Below, piece after piece: positions 8,199 through 15,183 of a stretch of 15,183 bases of DNA. How positions within the stretch are numbered: the stretch's first letter is position 1; the number at the start of each line of letters is the position of its first letter. The notes below the pieces were generated by a model. The model was not told where the DNA came from, did no database searches, and saw nothing but the letters and a program-made list of their open reading frames with translations. A program made the position numbers and the translations under genes. This DNA comes from Abditibacteriaceae bacterium (GTDB lineage: Bacteria > Armatimonadota > Abditibacteriia > Abditibacteriales > Abditibacteriaceae): the NCBI GenBank assembly GCA_031372065.1, contig JANMKN010000054.1, positions 1 through 15,183 on the forward strand. Reading direction: 5' to 3'.

Positions 8199-9533
8199 AT
8201 GCTTCTCAAACCGGGCGAACATTTACAGGGCAAAAGCACATCTTACGAGATGTCCGAAGTGATCGGGCAGGGCGCTTACGGCACCGTTTTTCGGGCGCGC
8301 GATGCTGAAGGCGCGTTTGTGGTTATCAAGCAGCTTTTCGATACCGGCAGCGGCTCGCCAGAAGATTTCGCGTATCAACGCAAACTATTCTGGCGCGAAG
8401 CCGATATTCTTTCGCAAATCAATCATCCCAAAATCGTGCGCTTTATCGAACGCATCCCCGACGATGTGCCGCACAGTGCGCCGCCCGATGGCGATTTGTT
8501 TTTGGTATTGGAACTGGTGCAAGGCCCCAGTTTGCGCAAGGTTTTCGATGAATACCGCGCCGCCCACAATAATCAGCCGTTTCCCGCCGAAACTGTCGTC
8601 GCTGTTGGCACGGAACTATGCGAAGCCTTAGATTATGTGCATCGAATGCCCGGTCAGATCATTTATCGCGATTTGAAGCCGGAAAATGTGATGTGGGATT
8701 CGCAAAATCAGGTTTGCAAATTAGTGGACTTCGGCACTGCGCGTTTTTCGGCCAAAAGCCGCAAAGTGACGCAGGGACTCGGCACCGAAGGCTACGCGCC
8801 GCCCGAACTGTATTCCACGCGCGCCGATGTGACCTTTAGCGCCGATGTTTTCACCATTGGCGCGCTGCTTTACGAACTTCTCAGCGGCGAAACACCCGAA
8901 CCCAAAATGACGCCGCGCGATTTTCGCGGCTACGATCCGCGCATTCCCGATGGTTTAAAAACCATCGTTTTGACCGCGCTGCAAATGGACGCCGCGCGGC
9001 GCTATCAAACCGCCGCGCAAATGGGCGAGGCACTGAAAAGTCTCGGCATTCAGCGGCCCGCTGCGGCTTTGGAAGAAGTCGGCGGCGGGCGCGCCAAGAA
9101 TCTTCATCCGCTGCTTTCGTGCTTTTGCCCGGCCTGCGGCACCGCGCCACGCACCGAACGCGCCTTGTTTTGTGGCAAATGTCGCGCGCCGATTCATACA
9201 GTCATGCTGCGTGTTCTGTCCAAAAACGCGCCGCCCAGTTTGCTGTATTTGCAAAAAGAAGAATCGCGTTTGGGCCGCACCGATCCCGATTCGGGCGTCT
9301 TTCCCGATATTGATTTATCGCGTTTCGATCAAGGCCGCTTCGTCAGCCGCCACCACGCCAGCATCAAACGCAACGGCACACAATTCTTCATCACGGCGCA
9401 GAAAACCTTAAATCCCACGCGTGTGGACGGCTTTTTAGTCGCTCCCGGCGCGACACTGCCGCTAAATGACGGCTCGCGCGTCGAATTCGCCGATTTGGTT
9501 TGCAATTTCTTGATTCGTCCGGTCACAGGATGA
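8199..9533 (+). CDS. Hanks-type Ser/Thr protein kinase with Zn ribbon and C-terminal FHA domain
   Basis: GQGAYGTV, VVIK, IYRDLKPEN, DFG, GTEGYAPPE, DVFTIG. CPACG...CGKC zinc ribbon. FHA motifs LGR...PDIDL...VSRHHA...NPT. Confidence 0.95.
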   Translation: MLLKPGEHLQGKSTSYEMSEVIGQGAYGTVFRARDAEGAFVVIKQLFDTGSGSPEDFAYQRKLFWREADILSQINHPKIVRFIERIPDDVPHSAPPDGDLFLVLELVQGPSLRKVFDEYRAAHNNQPFPAETVVAVGTELCEALDYVHRMPGQIIYRDLKPENVMWDSQNQVCKLVDFGTARFSAKSRKVTQGLGTEGYAPPELYSTRADVTFSADVFTIGALLYELLSGETPEPKMTPRDFRGYDPRIPDGLKTIVLTALQMDAARRYQTAAQMGEALKSLGIQRPAAALEEVGGGRAKNLHPLLSCFCPACGTAPRTERALFCGKCRAPIHTVMLRVLSKNAPPSLLYLQKEESRLGRTDPDSGVFPDIDLSRFDQGRFVSRHHASIKRNGTQFFITAQKTLNPTRVDGFLVAPGATLPLNDGSRVEFADLVCNFLIRPVTG

Positions 9534-9691
9534 AAATAAGCGGCTTATCCTGCCTTTTTGGGAGGCCAACCGCGTTCTGAGTAGCTTCCTCAATCTTCAA
9601 TACGCACGACCTCCGCTGGACATGGATGATTTGGTCATTCATTGAACAAAAAGAGTTAACTCTTGGGCTTAAAATGATTTCATTCGTTCTG

Positions 9692-9720
9692 TTGAAACCA
9701 TTTTGGGACTGCGTTAAACT
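9692..9720 (+). promoter_or_regulatory. Sigma70-type promoter for the ARM/HEAT-SWIM operon, overlapped by an inverted repeat
   Basis: TTGAAA (9692-9697), 17-nt spacer, TAAACT (9715-9720). RBS TAAGGAG at 9748-9754. Confidence 0.65.
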
Positions 9721-9761
9721 TATACAGTCGTTGCCGAACTGCCCTTTTAAGGAGACCTCTC

Positions 9762-12533
9762 ATGCTTACGCTCGAACAGGTGCGCGCCGTCAACGACGGC
9801 TTGAAAAGCGGCGATTTACACGCTGCCTTGCGCCCTCTCGAAGAAACGATTGACTTGCGGCACGCCGAACTGCCCCGACTTGAAAAAAGTGCCCTCGCGG
9901 CGCTGAAAACCGGCCTGCAAACGCCCGAAAATGCCCAGTTTTGGGCCGAAATGGTGTTTCATCCTAATGTTTCGGTGCGTCGCTTTGTGCGCAAAACAAT
10001 GCTGGGTTTAAAGCGCGAAGCCGCGCCGATTGCCGCGCCGTTACAAAAGCGCCTCGAACAATTTTGGGCGCAGGAAACCGCCTTACCCGATTCCATAAAA
10101 CCACGCGAAGCGGCATTGCGCCGCGAACAACAAGAAATCGTTTCCAGCGCCGTCGAAATCCTCTTGCGCGCCGACCCGGAAATCTTTATGGCGTTTTACG
10201 CCAACGTGCTTGATGCGCAGCCACTTCTCAAAGATCAAACGCAAAAGTGGGAAGGGTGGCAGAAGAAACAAGCGGCGTATTCCAAAGCGGTCAAGGAGAA
10301 AAACGACGCTCTCATTCGCGCCGAGTGGGGCGAGGAATATCTGGATTGGGATAAGCGCAGTCAACTGCCGTGGCGCATTTGGCGCGAACTCGCCGAGCGC
10401 GTGCAAAGCGATGCCGAAGTGCAAAAACTGCTGGCCGATTTGGGTGAAAACCCTTGGCAGCGGGCCTCGCAACAATGGCATCCCGAACTCTTTTTCCAGT
10501 CGGCGATGCATCTGGTTTTTCTGCCTGATGCCACTGGCCCACAAAAGGAAATTGCCGCTGTTTTGCGCCCGTATTTCTGGCGCTGGATTGAGGCCGCGTT
10601 TGATGACAATTCAACCGAAGAGTCGCGAAAACGAGTGGTGCGACGCGCGAATCGGGCGCTTCACAGTTACCAACTATCGGCTCAACTGGGCCGCGACGAA
10701 TTATGGCAACGCGTTCCTGTCCTATTGCAAAAATCGAAGACCTCGCTTCTTTCCGAGATCACAGCAGTCTACAGGGTGAACAATTTCAGCAGCGGTGCGA
10801 CGCACGGCGCGCTGTGGAATCAATTAGCGATGGGATTAAGCCAATCGTGCTACAGACCTTACAATTTAAAAGAAGGCGAATGGTCTGTGCCCGAACAGAT
10901 CACACCGGACTTGTTGCGCGGCCTAAAAATTGACTTTAAAGACAATTATTTGAGTAGCCTGCTCGAAAGCGCGGCCAAACATCTCGAAACAGAGCGCGCC
11001 AAAGAAAACGCGGCGCCCGAAATCATCCGCCCGCCGCTCCCTGTCTTTATGCCCGAAGACGACATCGCACTCCATTTCGACTGGACTGAGTTCGCGCGCG
11101 AAAGAGACGCGCTGGGCATTCAAGATTATCAGGCTTATGTCAAGCAGAAAACAGACGAAATCAGGCGCGAAACCGAAGCGATTGAAAATCCCGACGAGCA
11201 AAGCGCCAAACTCATTGAGCCTTCCAGCCGCAGCGGTCATATTTTGCTCTCACGCCTTCCCTATTGGCGCATTTGGAAAAGGCAAATGGGCGGCACGGCG
11301 CTGAAAAACTTGCTTTGGCCGCGCGTTGGCCCAGCGCTGTGGGCACGCTACGAAGAAAAACTCGAAGCCTATCGCCGCGTGGAAACCGACGATCCCGCGC
11401 CCAAACTCGAAGAAAAACTCACCGCCAGCGAACTGAAAATCTGGAAAACCGAACAGCGTCGCCGCCAGCGCCAATTGATTCAAAATGAGTTAGAAGACAT
11501 CTCGACCTTGTTACGCGAAGTCGAAGGTTTTGAAACCGAAACGCGCCTGCTCAAATTGCTCCATCGTCCCGGCGTCAAAGAAGTCGCCAACGCCAATGCG
11601 ACCACGCTTTTGCAACAATTGGGCAGCATCGGTTTTTACGTTCATCCGGTGGCAAAAGAACAGGGGCGCGACGAAAAATGGCTGCGTGAAAATTTCTTTT
11701 TAGAGCAAAAATGGGCGCCCTTCATTGAGCAATTTGAAGAACAATTGCTGGGTAGCAAACAAACTCATCAATGGCAGCGCGCCAGCCATTTGATGCTCTT
11801 ATCTGTCGCTTATTATCGCCTGAACACGCCCCAAAGCCGCGCGAAATTCCGCGAATTATTGGCGCAAATGGAAAATGTGCCACATGGACTTTCCGGCCCG
11901 GTTGTCGCCCTCGGTGATATCGAAACGTGGCTTTTGCTCGTCGAAAAATTACGTTGGCCTGACCCGAATCTCAAAGAGTTGTGGACGCGCACGCGCCAAA
12001 ATCTCGAAAGTGACGACGCGCGCCGTTTGACCACGCAAGTGTTGCAACTCGCGGCGACAACTTCACGAGAACGCGCCGCGAAATTCATGCTCGAAATGCT
12101 GGACGAAGTGCCCATTGCCGAACTTGAAGCGCACATCGAAACCATTGTTTCGGCACTCGAAAGCCCGCTCATCGCCATCAAACGCTGGGCCTTAAAAACT
12201 TTGCCGCAATTGCTGACAAATTACGATGAAGCCAGCGCCGCGTCACTTGTAGGCGAGATGTTGTGGAACGAAAACGGCGCGCTCGTCAAAGACGCTGCCA
12301 AATTTCTCGGCGCGCAAGGAGGCGAAGCCGACAGTGTCGCGTGGCAGGCGTTACAAGACGCGACTTCGCTGGAAAACCAAGCGATTTTGGAAGCCGTTTT
12401 TCGCGCCCTTGCCAACCTCAAAAAACGCGACAAAGCATTGTCATTGAACGAAAACGCGCAAGAAAAGTTAGCCGCCCTGTGCGAACTTTCGCCAGATCGC
12501 TTTGAGAAATTTCAGAAGAAACTGATCGGTTGA
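9762..12533 (+). CDS. Large alpha-helical hypothetical protein with ARM/HEAT-like repeats
   Basis: 923-aa ORF with strong RBS and codon usage like neighbouring genes. HEAT-like segments HPNVSVRRFVRKTM, ALESPLIAIKRWALKTL, LWNENGALVKDAAKFLG, ENQAILEAVFRALANL. No catalytic motif recognised. Confidence 0.8.
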   Translation: MLTLEQVRAVNDGLKSGDLHAALRPLEETIDLRHAELPRLEKSALAALKTGLQTPENAQFWAEMVFHPNVSVRRFVRKTMLGLKREAAPIAAPLQKRLEQFWAQETALPDSIKPREAALRREQQEIVSSAVEILLRADPEIFMAFYANVLDAQPLLKDQTQKWEGWQKKQAAYSKAVKEKNDALIRAEWGEEYLDWDKRSQLPWRIWRELAERVQSDAEVQKLLADLGENPWQRASQQWHPELFFQSAMHLVFLPDATGPQKEIAAVLRPYFWRWIEAAFDDNSTEESRKRVVRRANRALHSYQLSAQLGRDELWQRVPVLLQKSKTSLLSEITAVYRVNNFSSGATHGALWNQLAMGLSQSCYRPYNLKEGEWSVPEQITPDLLRGLKIDFKDNYLSSLLESAAKHLETERAKENAAPEIIRPPLPVFMPEDDIALHFDWTEFARERDALGIQDYQAYVKQKTDEIRRETEAIENPDEQSAKLIEPSSRSGHILLSRLPYWRIWKRQMGGTALKNLLWPRVGPALWARYEEKLEAYRRVETDDPAPKLEEKLTASELKIWKTEQRRRQRQLIQNELEDISTLLREVEGFETETRLLKLLHRPGVKEVANANATTLLQQLGSIGFYVHPVAKEQGRDEKWLRENFFLEQKWAPFIEQFEEQLLGSKQTHQWQRASHLMLLSVAYYRLNTPQSRAKFRELLAQMENVPHGLSGPVVALGDIETWLLLVEKLRWPDPNLKELWTRTRQNLESDDARRLTTQVLQLAATTSRERAAKFMLEMLDEVPIAELEAHIETIVSALESPLIAIKRWALKTLPQLLTNYDEASAASLVGEMLWNENGALVKDAAKFLGAQGGEADSVAWQALQDATSLENQAILEAVFRALANLKKRDKALSLNENAQEKLAALCELSPDRFEKFQKKLIG

Positions 12534-12618
12534 TAGCACACAAACAAACGCGCATTTACGCGATTTTTTAGAAATAATTCGCGTAAAGTTTCGAATATTT
12601 GCGTAATTTGCGTGCTAT
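12533..12618. repeat. Long imperfect inverted repeat (about 86 nt) filling the intercistronic gap
   Basis: ATAGCAC(a)CAAA (12533-12544) pairs with TTTG(c)GTGCTAT (12607-12618). Inner TTTACGCGA (12555-12563) pairs with TCGCGTAAA (12579-12587). Confidence 0.75.
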
Positions 12619-12632
12619 GAAAGAGGAGATTT

Positions 12633-14114
12633 ATGCAAGTCACACTCGCTTATCGTGCGCCGTCGGTTATCGAAACGGGCACGCAATCGCTGTTCAACTT
12701 CGCGCCGAATGTGAGGCGTGAGCCGGTCTTTTTTCAAGGCGGCTTGCGCGACCCACTGCTTGTGCGCGATGCACTTTTGAATTTGCACGATGTCGTCACA
12801 TCCGATTTCGACACGCGCTTATCTGCCGAAGAGTGGAATCGCATTCTCGATCCAGTTGCCACCGTTGCGCCCGACCAACTGTTCTTCGAGGCCTTTTCGC
12901 AAGACGAAAGTTCGTATGGCCGCGTGGCGCTGCGGCCCGGCGTTTTAGCGGGCGTTGACCGGTGGGAAAGCGGCACGACCAATGTAGATTTCACGCCGCA
13001 ACTCGCCAATGCGATTGGCGCTTTGCGTTCGAGTTCATCGGCGCGTTTTCAAGTTGACCCGGAGGCGTTTTCGGCGCAAGTGGACGGCAAAATGCATCGC
13101 GAAAAGAAAGTAAAATTGCCGCCGTCGTGGTTGCGCGGCTTTTTGAATGTGCAATCGGCGATGACGGGCGAAACCGCCGATTTTGAAATGAATCGCGCCG
13201 ATTTGCGCAATTTGCTGGCGTTTATGAAAACGCACAAAGAAAAATTCGGCCCGCGCGCCTTAGTTTTTAAATTAAAGCCCGGCGAAAAAGTCGAAGTAGT
13301 TTGGGAGCCGTGGAATCACAAACAAACGCTGTCTGGTTCGGTTTATCGCGGCGCCAAAGAGCAGGAAATTCGCTTATTCGGGCGGCGGCGCTTGTTTTTG
13401 CTGAACCGCATTTTGCCGAAAATGCAGCGCCTGCGCGTTTTCTTGTGTGGCAGCGGCTTGCCGTCGTTTTGGATCGCCGATTTGGGGCGCGACGAAGTGA
13501 GTTTTCAGCTTGCCATTTCCGGTTGGACAACGCGGCCTTTTGCGGCTTCCAATTTGTTTTTGAACGAATCGCAAGAAAAATTGGACGCCGAAACTTTGCA
13601 TCGCGCGCGTCTGGCCTTGCGCGCCGATGAAGCGATTTCGAGCGACGATTTGGCACGTAAACTCAACATCGCGCCCGCGCAAAGCAAGCGACTTTTAGCG
13701 CTCTTGTGCGCGCAAGGCCAAGCCATGTTCGACCTCGAAACGCGCCGTTATCGCAAGCGCGAAGTGTTGGATGTGCCGCTTGATGACTTGAAACTGGAAA
13801 TGGATTCGTCGCGTTTAGAAGCGGCGCGGCAATTGGCAAAAAGTGGCGCTGTAAAAATCGAAAGCAACGAAGAGGGCTTGCTGCAAACCACCATGCGCGG
13901 CGAAGTAAAAAGCAACGATAATTCTTATCCGGTTGCTGTGACTTTGGATAGCGACGGCAAAATCGTGGACGGCGACTGCGAATGCACTTGGTTTCACTAT
14001 AACGCCCTGCGCGGCGGCCCCTGCAAGCACATTTTGGCCTTGCGCGAAGCAGTCACGAACGCGGGCAGCAACGTCGAAAGCAAGCAAAGCGAATGGTGGG
14101 ACGTATTGGCGTAG
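12633..14114 (+). CDS. Winged-helix + SWIM zinc-finger protein
   Basis: C-terminal CECx12CKH (13977-14030). wHTH-like ISSDDLARKLNI....KRLLALLCAQGQAMFDL..RRYR.RE. N-terminal motifs LHDVV.SD, LDPVATV.PD.LFFEAFSQDESSYGR, GTTNVDF, LPPSWLRGFL.VQSAM. GAGGAG RBS at 12623-12628. Confidence 0.9.
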   Translation: MQVTLAYRAPSVIETGTQSLFNFAPNVRREPVFFQGGLRDPLLVRDALLNLHDVVTSDFDTRLSAEEWNRILDPVATVAPDQLFFEAFSQDESSYGRVALRPGVLAGVDRWESGTTNVDFTPQLANAIGALRSSSSARFQVDPEAFSAQVDGKMHREKKVKLPPSWLRGFLNVQSAMTGETADFEMNRADLRNLLAFMKTHKEKFGPRALVFKLKPGEKVEVVWEPWNHKQTLSGSVYRGAKEQEIRLFGRRRLFLLNRILPKMQRLRVFLCGSGLPSFWIADLGRDEVSFQLAISGWTTRPFAASNLFLNESQEKLDAETLHRARLALRADEAISSDDLARKLNIAPAQSKRLLALLCAQGQAMFDLETRRYRKREVLDVPLDDLKLEMDSSRLEAARQLAKSGAVKIESNEEGLLQTTMRGEVKSNDNSYPVAVTLDSDGKIVDGDCECTWFHYNALRGGPCKHILALREAVTNAGSNVESKQSEWWDVLA

Positions 14115-14158
14115 TGGGGAACGTGCGCGAAGTAGGAAACAATATCTGAGCCAGCACG

Positions 14159-14194
14159 AAAAAGCGCGCTTCTCGCCTGAGAAACGCGCTTTTT
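14159..14194. terminator. Bidirectional Rho-independent terminator between convergent genes
   Basis: AAAAAGCGCG-c-TTCTC / GCCT loop / GAGAA-a-CGCGCTTTTT, with T-runs on both strands. Confidence 0.8.
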
Positions 14195-14284
14195 GTTGAA
14201 TCAAAACACGAAATGAATCGCTAAAATCAGACCCTTTGCCAACATAGCATAGTCTCTTGTTAGGCGGCTGTTATCACGTTTGAG

Positions 14285-14806
14285 TCACGATGTTCTGCTC
14301 TTAACCAACCATTCCTTATCGTTCCACCAAGCCTTAAACTCGCCCACTGGCTTAATCTGTATGAGCGGGTCGTCTGTTTGAACTAACGCTATGAAACGCA
14401 AACCGAAGAGAAGGTTTTGATGGTAATTATGTGCGATGATGTCCAAAATTCTATGAGCGCAGTAAGGGAATTTGCTATGAAATGTATCGAAATGCTTGAA
14501 GACGATTACAAGGCCGCTCTCGTTTGGCACTTCAACGTCGCTCAAGTAATCGTTAAAACCATCCACGTTGGGATTTAGGTCGTAATCCTGAAGCACACCC
14601 AAACGTGAGGAGAAGTCATTCAAGATGGTCTGCTCATCTTTATAATCCTGACAGTCGAACTCGTGAACCGTGTATCCGTGCTGTTTGAGATACTGAACGG
14701 TCTCTTCCAAAATCTGTAACTTGTGAAACAGCGTGACCGGGCCATAGCGCAGCAGTTGCCAAATTTGCCAATCGTCGCGGAGTGTTAATTTGTTGAATGC
14801 AGCCAT
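14285..14806 (-). CDS. Barstar-family (RNase inhibitor-like) immunity protein
   Basis: L..HGY.VHEFDC..Y......NDFS..LG...Y..NVDGFNDYLSD (cf. barstar G.NLDAL.D.L), GLVIVF.HFD.F, AH.ILDIIA, LLFG.R.IALVQTDDP. Confidence 0.75.
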   Translation of the reverse strand: MAAFNKLTLRDDWQIWQLLRYGPVTLFHKLQILEETVQYLKQHGYTVHEFDCQDYKDEQTILNDFSSRLGVLQDYDLNPNVDGFNDYLSDVEVPNESGLVIVFKHFDTFHSKFPYCAHRILDIIAHNYHQNLLFGLRFIALVQTDDPLIQIKPVGEFKAWWNDKEWLVKSRTS

Positions 14807-14950
14807 GCTTTTATTTTATTGCTTCCAGCCAAGCTGCGCGCAAGCAACACAACAATGTTATTCACCCGCACTTTTGCGGTTTAAACCACGAAATATTCTC
14901 TCAAAAGATAGGAAAAAACCTGTAGGAAACTGCAAATCGTCCTAAGACTT

Positions 14951-15011
14951 ATTTATCCTTCACTCCGCTTGTTCACAGGCATTCGTTGAATAAGCGGAGG
15001 GAGGGCTAAAT
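14951..15011. repeat. Long stem-loop (19-bp core) downstream of the right-edge gene
   Basis: CCTTCACTCCGCTTGTTCA (14957-14975) pairs with TGAATAAGCGGAGGGAGGG (14987-15005), with two G-T wobbles and one mismatch. Confidence 0.7.
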
Positions 15012-15021
15012 TTTCCGCTCC

Positions 15022-15183
15022 TTAAGGCGTGTTTGGTTTGGCCTTGCGCGGCTTGCGTTCGCTGGTGCGAGTGCCTCCGGCCTGCGAGTATTCGGGAGAA
15101 TCGGGGCCAAAAGCGCCGCGAATGCCCGAACGAGCGCGCGTTACCTTGACGTTTAAGAGTTTTTTGCGGTCGCGGCGCGTGCG
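15022..15183 (-). CDS. 3' end of a conserved hypothetical protein (not in the ORF track; start outside the window)
   Basis: Open frame RTRRDRKKLLNVKVTRARSGIRGAFGPDSPEYSQAGGTRTSERKPRKAKPNTP*. The G..FGPDS.EY..AGGTR.SERK tail resembles a widespread uncharacterised small-protein family, as I recall it. Confidence 0.75.
   Translation of the reverse strand, partial: RTRRDRKKLLNVKVTRARSGIRGAFGPDSPEYSQAGGTRTSERKPRKAKPNTP

Noticed and set aside
9534..9761. Complete retron msr-msd ncRNA
   Set aside because: No flanking a1/a2 inverted repeats were found and there is no RT gene. The hairpins fit promoter/operator sites better.
9626..9853. 75-aa ORF upstream of the ARM gene
   Set aside because: Runs through the promoter and overlaps the large gene out of frame, with no convincing RBS or motif.
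1..15183. CRISPR array, tRNA/rRNA, transposase or integrase
   Set aside because: No regularly spaced direct repeats, RNA gene signatures or recombinase motifs were seen.

Overview
Bacterial genomic window in three parts. (1) Minus-strand housekeeping run (about 1-7404): KimA/YdaO-type K+ transporter, two TrkA/RCK subunits, then late futalosine-pathway menaquinone genes (UbiD/MqnL, MenG/UbiE, UbiX/MqnM, UbiA/MqnP) with a stand-alone cyclic-nucleotide-binding protein inside. The prenyltransferase carries a short deletion/frameshift at about 193. (2) Divergent plus-strand accessory block (7536-14114): DUF433 + PIN-like toxin-antitoxin pair, a Ser/Thr kinase-Zn ribbon-FHA gene, and a separately promoted operon of a 923-aa helical (ARM/HEAT-like) protein and a winged-helix/SWIM zinc-finger protein. 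This pair resembles type XIII retron effectors, but no reverse transcriptase is in the window. It is the best candidate for an uncharacterised defence or signalling system. (3) An AT-richer orphan barstar-like gene with degenerate attC-like flanks, and the 3' end of a hypothetical gene at the right edge. Family assignments come from motif recognition by eye, not database searches.
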